Shown here: positions 18,775 to 29,400 of the stretch, one piece after another
Position numbering within the stretch: position 1 is the stretch's first letter
Layout: every line of letters starts with the position of its first letter
Assembly (NCBI GenBank): GCA_016199935.1
Contig: JACQFS010000134.1
Location: 28,519-92,518 of the forward strand
Length of the DNA: 64,000 nucleotides
Origin: Verrucomicrobiota bacterium
GTDB lineage: Bacteria > Verrucomicrobiota > Verrucomicrobiia > Limisphaerales > JACQFS01
Direction of reading: 5' to 3'
Notes under the pieces: model-generated
Told to the model about the DNA's origin: nothing
Database searches by the model: none
What the model saw: only the letters and a program-made list of their open reading frames with translations
Translations under genes and position numbers: made by a program

Positions 18775-19788
18775 CTACTGCGTTTTCTTTTTCGTCGAGA
18801 TTTGGACGGCGTCGGCGCCATAGGCTTTCACGTCCTCCTTCGTCAGCGTGGGCGCACCGCTGAGCCAGCCGAGCGAGCCGAGGAATTTGTCCATCTCAAT
18901 GGTCGTGTCGTAAAAGCGGTCGAACGAGCGGCGCAGTCCGAAGAAACTGTGGCCTTCGCCCGGATAGATGACCGAGTCCATCCGCGTGCCGGCGGCGCGG
19001 CATTTCTCCTGAAACTTCTTCACCACGGGCACCGGCAGGATCGCGTCCTGATCGCCCACGAGAATGATTCCAGGCGGATCACCGGCGCTCACGCTGATGA
19101 AAGGAGAGATCTTCGAGTAAGCCGCCACGAGCTCGGCTGAGGCCTTCGGCTTCTTCGCGCCGGAACCTTCGTCGGATGCCTGTGCCTCGTGAAGCAACGC
19201 GGGGTTGTAGAGAACCATTGCATTCGGGCGGCAGGAAATTTTCAGGTCGTCCTGCGGATCGTCGGTGCCCTCGACCATGCCGACGAATGCCGCGAGATGT
19301 CCGCCGGCTGAACCACCGCCCGCGGCGATTCGCTCCGGGGCAATGCCCAACTCACCGGCGTGACTGCGCACCCAGCGCATCGCGGACTTCGCGTCGCGGC
19401 ACGCATCGAGCGGCGCCTCCTTGCGATTGTCGGCGATCAGCCGGTATTCGACCTGGATGCTCACCATGCCGCGCGCCGCAAGATACTTGCCCTGATAATT
19501 GAACTGCGTTGGCGCGCCCTTGCCGATCATCCAGCCGCCGCCGTGGTAGAAGACGATGGCGGGACGCTTGTCGTCGGCTTTCCAGCCCTCGGGCTTGATG
19601 ACGTAGAGATGCAGATTTCGCTCACCAACTCTTTTGTAAACGTGCGCCTCGCCCAGCGGCTTCAGCCCGGCGATCTCCGCCGCTGCTTCCTGTTCCGCAG
19701 CGGATTTGCGATTGGGCTTCTTCGACTGCGCAAGCGCTGGCGCAAGGAACGTGAGACTGAGGGCAAGGGCGAGCGCGGTGGTTTTCAT
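18775..19788 (-). CDS. Alpha/beta-hydrolase esterase/lipase (HGGG / GxSxG type)
   Basis: Signal peptide. AIVFYHGGGWMIG oxyanion motif and GGGSAGGHLA nucleophile elbow. Confidence 0.85.
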   Translation of the reverse strand: MKTTALALALSLTFLAPALAQSKKPNRKSAAEQEAAAEIAGLKPLGEAHVYKRVGERNLHLYVIKPEGWKADDKRPAIVFYHGGGWMIGKGAPTQFNYQGKYLAARGMVSIQVEYRLIADNRKEAPLDACRDAKSAMRWVRSHAGELGIAPERIAAGGGSAGGHLAAFVGMVEGTDDPQDDLKISCRPNAMVLYNPALLHEAQASDEGSGAKKPKASAELVAAYSKISPFISVSAGDPPGIILVGDQDAILPVPVVKKFQEKCRAAGTRMDSVIYPGEGHSFFGLRRSFDRFYDTTIEMDKFLGSLGWLSGAPTLTKEDVKAYGADAVQISTKKKTQ

Positions 19789-19829
19789 TGAGAAAAGGCA
19801 GGGCTATCGACGGACGGATGACGCGCCCT

Positions 19830-20471
19830 TCACACCGTCGGCGTGAAGCCCATCACGAGATCAAACTTCGCCGCGAGTTCGCCCGCCTTCGCTCCGGCGA
19901 TTGGCTTGAACTCAACTTCGAGCGCCTGCGCATTTTTCACGCCGCGCGTCACGTTGTCGTTGGCGTTGAGCGGGTGGTCCTTGAGGTGCAGTTCGGTGGT
20001 CCACTTGTCGTGACCTTTGACCTTCACGGCGTAGTGAATGTGCGGGCAGCGGCCGGTGTAGGCCACGGGCTTGATGGTGCGGAAAAGATATTCGCCCGAC
20101 TCGCCGGTGAGGAAGCGGCCGTAGCCCTGGAAATTTTTGTCCGCCTTCGATTTGTCGCCGCCGCTCCGGCTGTGGATGTAGATGCCGTTGTGGTCCGCCT
20201 CCCAGATTTCCACGATCGCGTTGCGAAGCGGCCCGCCGTCCGGCCCGAGCACGCGGCCGCTGACGTAGCTGATCTCGCCGACGGCGGGCGTGAGCGCGTC
20301 GTTGATGGTGATGAGATCATTGTCCGTATCGAGCGGCAGATGATCGGGGTAGAACGGCCCGAAGCCGACCTTCGGCGTTGGCGTGAGCGCGGCAGCAAAG
20401 GCTCCCGGCGCAGTGAAAAAGGCGGCGCTGAGTCCGAGCGTGTGGAGGAACTGACGGCGATTGGTGTTCAT
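19830..20471 (-). CDS. Intradiol ring-cleavage dioxygenase-like protein (protocatechuate dioxygenase fold), Tat-secreted
   Basis: Tat motif NRRQFLHTLGLSAAFF. VSGRVLGPDGGPLRNAIVEIWEADHNGIY, GRFLTGESGEYLFRTIKP and RCPHIHY match the intradiol dioxygenase core pattern. Confidence 0.8.
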   Translation of the reverse strand: MNTNRRQFLHTLGLSAAFFTAPGAFAAALTPTPKVGFGPFYPDHLPLDTDNDLITINDALTPAVGEISYVSGRVLGPDGGPLRNAIVEIWEADHNGIYIHSRSGGDKSKADKNFQGYGRFLTGESGEYLFRTIKPVAYTGRCPHIHYAVKVKGHDKWTTELHLKDHPLNANDNVTRGVKNAQALEVEFKPIAGAKAGELAAKFDLVMGFTPTV

Positions 20472-20565
20472 GGCGGTGATGCGGTGGTTGAGGTGATGGC
20501 TGGGCGAAACATAGTCGTCGTCGCGTTGATTGGCGATTTCAAATTGATGCCGCTTCGACGCGCGG

Positions 20566-23025
20566 TCACTTCTTCGCCGCCTGCGCGGTCTTCTCCGTCA
20601 GCAGGTAAGTCATCAGGTCGCGCAGCTCCGCCGGCGTGAGCGCCTTGTCAATTCCCTCGGGCATGAGCGAGAGCGTCATCGGCTCGACCTTCACGATGTC
20701 CGTTTTCTTGAGCCTGGCGGTTTTGCCGCCGGCCTGCGCGATGCTCAGGGTGTCCTCGTTCTCGCCCACGCGCGTGCCGGTGACCGGCTCGCCTTGCTTG
20801 AGCGTGACCGTGTAGCCGACGGCGTCGGGATTGATCGCGGCGCTTGGCTCGACAATGTCGCGCAGCACGCTCGCGTAGTCGCGATGGACGAGATTGTTCA
20901 AATCAGGTCCGACGACGAAGCCTTCGCCGCGCAACGTGTGGCAAGTGATGCAGGCCGCCTTGCCCCGAAAAATTTCATGCCCGCGCTCCCAATCGCCGCC
21001 GGTGATCTCGGGAATCTTCCGCTCCAGATTGTCCTGCGTGCCCGGCTTGGCAAACGGCAGGAGAAAACGCCGCGTGCCCGGCGCGCGCGGGCGCGCATCG
21101 CGGTCGGTGAAATAGGAAACTTCGAGCGATCGGGCGGGCGTGGTGAGCGCCAGCGTGAAGGCGGGCCACTCGTTTTCTTTCACGTCGGCTACGGTGAGAC
21201 GCGACTCGCGCTCGCTCACGCGCTCGACCTTTGCGCCCGACGCCGTGAGCTTGAGCGCTGCGTCGCATTTGAAGACGAGCGTCACCGTTTCGGACTTGGG
21301 AACGTAATCGAGCTGCGAGCCGGGTTGCGTCGCGGGCTGGAGCATGTTGAAGAGGTCCAACTGCCCGCGCAGCATCAGCGTGCCGTCGTCGCGAAGATTT
21401 TTCCAAAGCTCGTCATGTGCCCCGCTCGTGCGGGTGAATTGCTTCGCCGCCGCGAAGTCCGGGTGTGGCAGCCAGCCGTTCCACTTCGCACCCGACTTGC
21501 CGCGCCACTCGGTGACGAGGCCGCTTAGATCGTGCGCGAGGTCCAGCGCGGGCTGTTTCGCGTTCGGCTCAGCGACGATGGCGATGGCGTAGCTATAAGT
21601 CTGGGAGCGTGGCGCAGTTTCAAGCACGAGGCTGCGGCCATCGCTGCCGACGCGGGCTGACTTCACCGCCAACGCGTGACGCGGCTGGCGTTGCTGCATC
21701 TGAACGACGGCGTAGCCGGGGCGCATTTTTTCCAACTGATCCGCCGCCGAGACGTAGCGACCGAACTCAATCTTCGTGCGCGCCACAAGATTCTTCGCCG
21801 CGTTTGCGTCCAGCTTGCGGTCAAAGGCGATGACCGTCTCGGTCGGACTGGCAGGCCACGTGAGCACGGGCTGGGGCGCGGCGGAATCGCGATAGCTGAT
21901 TTTGAAAATGCGGCCCGCGCCATTCGGGCCGTTGCCCCAATCCGGCCGGCCGCTGTGGCAGCAGATCACCAGATCACCTTGCGGAGAAATCGCGCAGTCC
22001 ACGGCGAGCATCCCGATGTCCGCGATGAGTTGGTTCTGCGCGACGTAGCCGGCGGCGGTTTTCGCCAGTGTCGTGCGCCAAAGCTTGCCGCGCGATTCGC
22101 CCGTGACGAGCGCGTCATCCTCCCAGAATGCCGGGCCGAACCGTCCGCGTCCGGACGCCGGAGTGTTGAAGCGGAAGCCGCACGTGCTCTGATGTTGCGG
22201 CGCGTAATCCCACACGCTCGGTTCATCCACCACGTCCGGCAGCCACTTGGGATGACGCGGCGGGAAGCCGTAGTGGCGGCCCGACTGGAGGTGCAACAAC
22301 TCATCGAATGGATTGCCATTGGGTGACCACGTTGCTCCCTCTTGATCGGTTCCGAACAGGTCGCCGTTGCGGTTCCATTGCAGCGACATGATGTAGCGCA
22401 GGCCGGAGGCAACTTGCCCGACCTTGCCATCGGGCGTGAGCCGCAGCAGGCAGCCGTGCCGGCGTGCGGTCGTGTAGTGCGCGACGCCCTGCTTGTCATG
22501 GACGTAGGCATTGTCGTGGGCGGCGTTGCCCATCGTCACATACCACGCGCCGTCCGGGCCAACGGCGAGCGCGAGCGACGTGTCCACGCGGCGATGATGG
22601 AGCAGCGGATCGGCCTCGATGGCCGGATCAACGAAACCCTTCACCACCGTCTCGCGTTTGTCGGGCACGCCATCGCCGTCGGTGTCGCGGAAGCGCACGA
22701 TCTCGCCGCCGAGCAGCGCGTGCGGGTCGCCGTCCTTCACGACCATGCCGAGCGAGTAGTTCGCACTCGTCTCCGACCAGAACGTGTCCACCTTGTCCTC
22801 CAACCCATCGCCGTCGGTGTCGCGCAGCAGGTGGAAGCACCCATCGTAGCCGCCAGCAAAGAGCCGCCCATCCGGCGCATACTCGACGTTGTTGATGCTC
22901 GTGAGTTTCACCGGCAGCTCGCGCACGATGAAGCCGGGCATGAGCATTTGCGGCAGCGGCTCGTCCGCGCGCACGGCCGCAGCGAGCGCGAGCAGCAGGG
23001 GCAAAGCGACGGCGGTGGTCTTCAT
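20566..23025 (-). CDS. Dehydrogenase-type beta-propeller fused to a C-terminal c-type cytochrome (PVC-type heme-binding protein)
   Basis: Signal peptide MKTTAVALPLLLALAAAVRA. DTDGDG loops (LRDTDGDGLEDK, FRDTDGDGVPDK). C-terminal CITCHTLRGEG heme-binding motif with LSLMPEG. Confidence 0.8.
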   Translation of the reverse strand: MKTTAVALPLLLALAAAVRADEPLPQMLMPGFIVRELPVKLTSINNVEYAPDGRLFAGGYDGCFHLLRDTDGDGLEDKVDTFWSETSANYSLGMVVKDGDPHALLGGEIVRFRDTDGDGVPDKRETVVKGFVDPAIEADPLLHHRRVDTSLALAVGPDGAWYVTMGNAAHDNAYVHDKQGVAHYTTARRHGCLLRLTPDGKVGQVASGLRYIMSLQWNRNGDLFGTDQEGATWSPNGNPFDELLHLQSGRHYGFPPRHPKWLPDVVDEPSVWDYAPQHQSTCGFRFNTPASGRGRFGPAFWEDDALVTGESRGKLWRTTLAKTAAGYVAQNQLIADIGMLAVDCAISPQGDLVICCHSGRPDWGNGPNGAGRIFKISYRDSAAPQPVLTWPASPTETVIAFDRKLDANAAKNLVARTKIEFGRYVSAADQLEKMRPGYAVVQMQQRQPRHALAVKSARVGSDGRSLVLETAPRSQTYSYAIAIVAEPNAKQPALDLAHDLSGLVTEWRGKSGAKWNGWLPHPDFAAAKQFTRTSGAHDELWKNLRDDGTLMLRGQLDLFNMLQPATQPGSQLDYVPKSETVTLVFKCDAALKLTASGAKVERVSERESRLTVADVKENEWPAFTLALTTPARSLEVSYFTDRDARPRAPGTRRFLLPFAKPGTQDNLERKIPEITGGDWERGHEIFRGKAACITCHTLRGEGFVVGPDLNNLVHRDYASVLRDIVEPSAAINPDAVGYTVTLKQGEPVTGTRVGENEDTLSIAQAGGKTARLKKTDIVKVEPMTLSLMPEGIDKALTPAELRDLMTYLLTEKTAQAAKK

Positions 23026-23052
23026 GCGGAGAGTTCGCGCGCGTGACCCAGT

Positions 23053-24477
23053 TCAGACGCGTTGCCCGAGCTTTTTCAGCACCGCCATTCCTTCGCTCCA
23101 CTCAACTTCGTGCGGCAGGCGGCGGCTCTTCGCGGCGAGCGCGGAGACGACTCCCGCGGCTTCGCCCATCGCGGTGGCGTTGCCGGTGACGCGATAGCTG
23201 GAGTGCGCGATGAAATCGCCGCTGATGCAACGGCCCGCCATCATCAGGCCGTCCACATCCTTCGCGATGAGCGCGCGCAACGGAATGTCGTAGGGCTTCA
23301 CCTTCAGGCCGTGCTTCTCGATGGCCGTGGTCTGGTTGTGCTCCGCGCTCGTGGCGTGGACATCAATCGAGAACGTCGGCCGCACCACTGCGTCCGCGTG
23401 CCGCGCGCCGGTGGTCGCGTCCTCCTTGCTCACCGTGTAGCGGCCCGCGATGCGGCGGCCGTCGCGGACGCCGATTTGCTCGGCGGTCGCGGCGATTTGC
23501 ACGCCGTCCCACGGGCCGCCGAGTTTGCGCAGGCTGTTGGTGATGCGGTTCATCTCGGCGCGCGCGCGCACCGTGGCCTCGGTGACTTGCGCGGCGTCGT
23601 AGGGCTTGATGCCGAACTCGTGGTTCATCATCACGAGCATCAAATTGTCGCGCACCTGCCAGAGCGTGGGCTTGCTGTAGGATGGAAAATGTCCCGCGCG
23701 CCTGATCTCGCCGAGGAAGGCGTCCTTCGCGATGTTGTCCGCCGCGCTCGGGTCGGATTTGTGGATGAAGGCCGCCAACGCCGCGGCGTCCTTCACCACA
23801 AGCAGTGCGTTGAGCGACATGGGCTGGCACGGGCAATCCTTCGCCTCGCCGATTTCCCACGCGCAGCCCGCGAGCGCGCCGAGGTCGCCGTCGCCGGTCG
23901 TGTCCACGAACACCGGCGCGCGCCACGCCTGCCGGCCGGACTTGGACTCGGTGACGATGGTGGAAAGCCGGCGGCCATCGCGATACGCGGCGGCGACGCG
24001 CGTGTGAAACTGAAACTTCACGCCGGCCTCGACGCATAATTCCTCCAGCAACAGCTTCATGCCCTCCGGCTCATAGCAAACGCTCTTCTTGCTCGTGCCG
24101 CGCCGCACGCCGCGCTCGTCGAGCTTGAGCAGGAGTTCGCGCGCGAAGCCGGGCTTGTCGAAATCGAGCAGGTAGCCGAGCAGGCCCGCCGTCCACACGC
24201 CGCCGAGGCAGCCGCGCCATTCAAAGAGCCGCACCTTCGCGCCCGCGCGCGCCGCCGTGATGGCCGCGGAAACTCCCGCCGGTCCCGCCCCGCACACGAT
24301 GACATCGGCATCGCTCACGAGCGGCAACGTCATCGCCGGCTCGTGGAAATTTTTCCCGTCGGATGAGATGGTCGCCTGCTTGTCCGCGCCGGAGGCGAGT
24401 CGCGGCGCAGCAACGGCCCCGAGCGCGGCGGCGCTGAGAAAGTTGCGACGGGTGAAGGATGGTTTCGGAGCGTTCAT
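23053..24477 (-). CDS. FAD-dependent oxidoreductase, Tat-secreted
   Basis: ATG at 24477 gives MNAPKPSFTRRNFLSAAALG (Tat). Dinucleotide fold DVIVCGAGPAGVSAAITAARAGAKVRLFE. The start overlaps the upstream stop as ATGA (24474-24477). Confidence 0.85.
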   Translation of the reverse strand: MNAPKPSFTRRNFLSAAALGAVAAPRLASGADKQATISSDGKNFHEPAMTLPLVSDADVIVCGAGPAGVSAAITAARAGAKVRLFEWRGCLGGVWTAGLLGYLLDFDKPGFARELLLKLDERGVRRGTSKKSVCYEPEGMKLLLEELCVEAGVKFQFHTRVAAAYRDGRRLSTIVTESKSGRQAWRAPVFVDTTGDGDLGALAGCAWEIGEAKDCPCQPMSLNALLVVKDAAALAAFIHKSDPSAADNIAKDAFLGEIRRAGHFPSYSKPTLWQVRDNLMLVMMNHEFGIKPYDAAQVTEATVRARAEMNRITNSLRKLGGPWDGVQIAATAEQIGVRDGRRIAGRYTVSKEDATTGARHADAVVRPTFSIDVHATSAEHNQTTAIEKHGLKVKPYDIPLRALIAKDVDGLMMAGRCISGDFIAHSSYRVTGNATAMGEAAGVVSALAAKSRRLPHEVEWSEGMAVLKKLGQRV

Positions 24478-25748
24478 GGTTTTTCGGATTTCGCGGCGCC
24501 AGCTTTGGATGCGGTTGGCTGCGTGGCAATGCGGAAAAAATAGACGCGGCCTTCCGGGGCGTTGGTGCTCTTCGTGTCCGTCTTTTCGGTGAAGGAGCCG
24601 ATGATCCAACCATCGGGTGTGACCTCGCGGCAGCCGCCGATGGCGTAGGGCCGCGTGAACGTCTCGCTCACGGCGTGGTCGCGCCACGTTGCGCCGTTGT
24701 CATCGCTGGCAAGGCAGACCAGGCGTGGCTTTCCCGCGTCCTGGCCGATGCAGTAGAGCGTGGACTTCGGATCGCCTGCGCGTGAAGCGAAGAAGCCATC
24801 CAGACCGCGCATCGAAAGTGTCCGACCTTTGAACTCCGGCTGGATGTCGAGCTCGCGCCGCGCGGTCCTGAGATCGTAGCGGACGTAATGCTGTTTCTGC
24901 GGAGTGCTCTGCGCGAGGTAAAGAAAATGCGCCTTGCCGTCCTTGATGAAGAAGCTCGACAGCCAGGTGTGCACTTCGAACTCATCATCGAGCGTGATGC
25001 GATCCGTCGGGCCGCCGTCGTCGGCGACGACGGGCGCGGTGATCGGCGCGCCGCCCATCGTGCGCCATGCCCCGCCGCCGTCGGGCGACTGCATGTAGTG
25101 AATGTCCCAGTAGAGGTAAGCGCCGATCTTCTCCGTCGTCCACGCGGCGTGCAGCGTGCCATCGGGCGCGAATTGAAGCTGCGGGTATTGCTGCACCGCG
25201 TTGAGTCCGCGCTTCAGCAGCGTCACCGATGATCGCTCCGCGCCGTCGAAGCCCACGCGATGGAAAGTGCCGCTGTGCGAGAAATAGCAGACCTCCTTGC
25301 GCGCCTCATCGAGCGCCATCGAATACTTGCCGGCCGCGCCCTTCGCGATGCGCGTGATGTGCGGCTCGCGATAATCCTCCGCCGCGAGGAAGCGATAGAC
25401 GAGCACCTCGAGGCTCACAAAATCAGGCCGGCCGAGGTAGATGTTGTCCGCCGCATCGGTTTCGAGCACGGGTGGATTCGTCGCATCAGTCGCCTCGTAG
25501 ATCGTGCGGAAAGTCCGTCCGCCATCTTCGCTGCGCGACAGCCGCCATTGCTGCGCCGTGTATTTCTCGTTCCGCGAGCGGAGGTGCGTCATGAAAATGC
25601 CGCGCCGGTTCCGCACCACTTTTTGATTGTGGCTTTGGAAAGTGCCAAAGCCGATCACCTCGCCATCCACGAGCGTGGTCTCGATAAGGAGCGGTTCGGC
25701 GGCGTGCGCCGCGACTGCGAGCAAGAGGAGGATGAGTGCGAATTTCAT
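24474..25748 (-). CDS. Asp-box (BNR/sialidase-fold) beta-propeller protein of unknown function, full-length paralog
   Basis: ATG 25748 with signal peptide MKFALILLLLAVAAHA. Three Asp-boxes: SEDGGRTF, SPDGGGAW, SDDNGATW. Collinear with 34122..35492. Confidence 0.75.
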   Translation of the reverse strand: MKFALILLLLAVAAHAAEPLLIETTLVDGEVIGFGTFQSHNQKVVRNRRGIFMTHLRSRNEKYTAQQWRLSRSEDGGRTFRTIYEATDATNPPVLETDAADNIYLGRPDFVSLEVLVYRFLAAEDYREPHITRIAKGAAGKYSMALDEARKEVCYFSHSGTFHRVGFDGAERSSVTLLKRGLNAVQQYPQLQFAPDGTLHAAWTTEKIGAYLYWDIHYMQSPDGGGAWRTMGGAPITAPVVADDGGPTDRITLDDEFEVHTWLSSFFIKDGKAHFLYLAQSTPQKQHYVRYDLRTARRELDIQPEFKGRTLSMRGLDGFFASRAGDPKSTLYCIGQDAGKPRLVCLASDDNGATWRDHAVSETFTRPYAIGGCREVTPDGWIIGSFTEKTDTKSTNAPEGRVYFFRIATQPTASKAGAAKSEKP

Positions 25749-25756
25749 GGTGCGCG

Positions 25757-26419
25757 CTACTCCGCGTTGACCTTGAAGAACCAAACTTTCCCGCCGCGCA
25801 TCTTCTTGGTCTCGGTGCCTTCGAGTTCGGTGAAGGAGCCGATGACGAAGCCATCCGGTGTGATCTCGCGGCAGCCACCGATGGCGTAGGGTTGGTGGAA
25901 CTTGCTGCTCACCGCGTGGTCGTGCCACGTCGTGTCGTTGTCGCGGCTGATGAGGCACACGATGCGATCGCCGCGCACGTCGCGCGCGATGCAGTAGAGC
26001 GGGCTGCCGGGCTGGCTTGCCTTCGTCACGAAGAAGCCGTCGAGACCGGTCAGCGCGAGCGTCCCGCCTTTCAAACTGGTGTCACGGTGATCGCCCTCAC
26101 GTTTGCCCGTGGCGATGTCGTAGCGGACGTGATGCTGGCGCGGCGGTTTCGTGTGGGCGAAATAGAGGAAGTGCGCCTTGCCTTCCTTGATCAGCATCGA
26201 GGAGAGCCAGGTGGACGGCTCGAACTCATCATCGAGCGTGATGCGATCCGTCGGCCCGCTTTCGTCGGCGACGATGGCCTTGGCGAGATTGCCTGTCTCC
26301 TCGCGCTCGAAGGCGTCGTGGAAAATGAGCGTGCCTTTTTGTTGAAGCCACGCCGCGTCGTCGGCCCGCAGGGCGAAAGGCAGCGCGACGAAGAACAAGG
26401 CGAGAATGAATCGGAGCAT
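25757..26419 (-). CDS. Half-length paralog of the Asp-box propeller family (C-terminal half only, own signal peptide)
   Basis: MLRFILALFFVALPFALRA, then ...GPTDRITLDDEFEPSTWLSSMLIKEGKAHFLY...SRDNDTTWHDHAVS...PYAIGGCREITPDG, which aligns with the last ~180 aa of 24474..25748. Confidence 0.7.
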   Translation of the reverse strand: MLRFILALFFVALPFALRADDAAWLQQKGTLIFHDAFEREETGNLAKAIVADESGPTDRITLDDEFEPSTWLSSMLIKEGKAHFLYFAHTKPPRQHHVRYDIATGKREGDHRDTSLKGGTLALTGLDGFFVTKASQPGSPLYCIARDVRGDRIVCLISRDNDTTWHDHAVSSKFHQPYAIGGCREITPDGFVIGSFTELEGTETKKMRGGKVWFFKVNAE

Positions 26420-26438
26420 GGTGGTCTGCGGTTCGGCC

Positions 26439-29400
26439 TCAGTGCGCGTGCTTGAAGGCGGCGTGGTCGGCGCTGCCGCCGGCGAGCAGATATGCGAGGA
26501 GGTCGAGGATCTGCTCCTGGTCCAACGCGTTCATCAGGCCGGCCGGCATGACGGAGAGTGGCGACGGTCGGCGGGACTTGATCGCGCTCTTGGCGACCTT
26601 CTGAATCTGCGCCGGGGTCGGTCCGGTCTGAATCGTCACCGTTGACTGATCCTCCGCGAGGATGATGCCGGTGAGCGAGTTTTCGTCGCCGATCTCCAGC
26701 GTCACGTTGCGATATTTTTCCTCGATGCTCTTCGAGGGTTCGAGGATTTCCTGCAACACCGCCCCGGCGTCACCCTGATACTTCTTCACCACGTCGCCGA
26801 GGTTCGGGCCGAAGGCGGTTCCTTCCTTGCCCAACTGATGGCACTGGGCGCAGGCGAGCGAGGTGAAGAGTTGCTGGCCGCGCGCAAAACTCCGGTGCTG
26901 GCCCACGCGTTTCAAGTCGGCGGCGAGGTCGGTGATTTTCCATTCGGTGACCTTGGCCACCGGCTCGGGATTTTTGGCGAGGAACTCCTTGAGGTTGTCC
27001 GCGACGATCAGCACGCCGCGCATGATGAGGTGGTGGCCGGGAAAGGAGCAGAGATACGGATAGGCTCCCTCGGTCTGCGGCGCGGTGAACTCGATGACTT
27101 GCTCCTGGCCATGATCAATCAACTTGCTGGACCAGAGGATGTCGGGACTCTTGGGCACGAAGCCGACTTCGAAGCCCTGGGCGCCGAGCGCCATCGCCTG
27201 CAGGCCGATCTCGTCGGCTTTGCCGGGCTTCACCAGCAGGATGTTGTGCGGCATGAAATCCTGGTTGGCGAAGGTGAGCTTGACCTTTTTGCCTGGCTTC
27301 ACGGCGAGTTGCTTCACGTCATACATCATCCGCTCGGGCACGGTGGCGATGCGGATGGTGGTCAACTCGGGCGTGTCGGAAAGGATGCCGGATTTCTTCG
27401 CCGCAACATCCAGCGCCTCGGTGATGACGCCGCCGCGCTGGGACGCTTCCACGTTGAACCACAAATGCTCCACGGTCTTCGCGGCGATGCGCGCGTGCGG
27501 CTCGGGCGACTTCAGCAACTGGGCGAGCAACGCGGTGTTCCGCACGTTGTGCTGCTGGTGCAACCACAGCGCTTCGAGCAGGGGATGCGCGTCCTCTTTT
27601 TTGTTCGGATCAAACTGCTTCATCCACGTCTGCGTCGCCGCGATGACTTCCTTCGTTTCGCGTCCGCTGAGTTCGATGCGCGTGCGGTGCCGCACGCCGT
27701 CGGTCGGGTGCTTCAGGTTTTCGAGCAGCGCGGGAATGGGCTGGCCGGCAATGGCCACGGGCTTCTGCAACGGCCGGCCCTCGGCGGTCACGCGGTAGAT
27801 GCGGCCATGCTCGTGGTCGCGATTCGGATCGCGCACGTTGTGCTGCATGTGGCCGATGATGGCGTTGTGCCAGTCGGCGACGTAGAGCGCGCCGTCGGCT
27901 CCGAAGATCGCGTCGCTGGGGCGAAAGTTTTTGTCGCCGCTCATGAGCAGGCCGCGCGATTTGTCCGCGGTCTTGGTGCCGTCGGCGTTGATGACGGTGA
28001 CGGTGAGTTCGTCGCCTGCCGGCTCGCCCCAGACCGCGCCGGTCTCGGGGTTGCGCGCGAGGCGGTAGTGCTTGATGCCGAGAAAACCGATGACATTGCA
28101 GATCAGAAAATCTCCCTGCATCGCCTCGGGGAAGTGCTGGCTGGAGACGATTTCGCTCGCGGTCACGGGACGGACTTCCTTCTTCAACAGCTCCGTCATC
28201 TTGAACGCATTGCCGCTGGGCCGCACCTGATACGCCCGGCCGCCGGTGCCGTCCGTGGCGTAATGGTAGCCCCAATGGTCGAAGGAAATGCCGTGCGGGT
28301 TGGGCGAGTTGGGCGCGTGCATCGAGATGGTGAAACGCCGCGGGTCGAAGCGATACATCGCGCTCGCCGACGCCTGCAACGACGGGCCCCAAGGATGCTC
28401 GTGGTTATGCTGCATGAAGACGCCGCTCTGCCAGTAGATGCCGCCGTCGGGGCCGTAGATGAGGTTGTTCGCGCCGTGGTGCGTGTCGGAGGAATCGAGA
28501 CCTTGCAGCAGCACGATGCGCACATCGGCCACGCCGTCGCCCTTCGTGTCTTTCAGAAACAGCAGCTCCGACTGGCACGTGACGATCACGCCGCCATTCC
28601 AGAATTCAAAGCCGAGCGGGTTCTGCACCTTCGCAAATTCCGTGACGCGATCCGCGCGACCGTCGCCGTTGTCGTCGTGGAAGATCAACAGCGCGTCGTT
28701 CATTTTCTTGAGCGGCTCCCACTTCGGATACGTCGGCCACACCGCGGCCCACAGGCGGCCCTTCGCGTCCACCTGCAACTGCACGGGATTCACGAGCTGC
28801 GGGAAACGCTGCTCGTCGGCGAACAGGTTCACCTTGAATCCCTTCGCGACGCCCATGTGCTTGATGCCCTCCTCGCCGCTGATGTAATTGAGCCGGCCTT
28901 CCTTCATCGCGTTCGAGCTCTTGCTGCCGCCGCCGACATTTGAAATGACCGGCACGGGCTTCGGCACGTTGCGGTCGTCCACTTTCTTGTCCTTGCCGGC
29001 TGCGCGCGCCCACACGCGCTCGTCGCGGTTCGCGGTCATCACGTCGAGCATCACGAGCTCGTGCTGGAGCACCTCGGCGTTGCTCTGGTCGTTCACAAAT
29101 TTCAGCGTCGAGCGGCTGCCCCACACGTCGTTGCCGTCCGAGGCGTGGTAGCGGTTCCACCAGTGCAGATCCTTGTCCATCACCGCCTCGCGCAGCGGGT
29201 CCAACGAAGCCGAGGAGCTGACCGGCCGGCCCAGCAGCGCCTTCGCAATCACCTCGGCGAGCTGGCGGTTGCCGTCGTCGGAAAGATGCACGCCATTGAT
29301 CGTGAGCCGCGTCTTCGAGTTCTTGAACAGCTCCAGCGACGGATGAAACAGGTCCACGAACGCGACGCCCGCCTCCTTCGCCGCGGCCTCGGTGGCTTTC

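Noticed and set aside
24478-24687. Similar-looking N-terminal extensions (…RHRRLPRGHTRWLDHRLLHR…) on ORFs 23053..24687, 24474..25958 and 32866..34317, which could suggest a shared leader domain.
   Set aside because: They are out-of-frame read-through of the conserved 3' ends (…AIGGCREITPDG.IIGSFTE…) of the upstream Asp-box paralogs. The real starts with signal peptides lie at 24477, 25748 and 34125.
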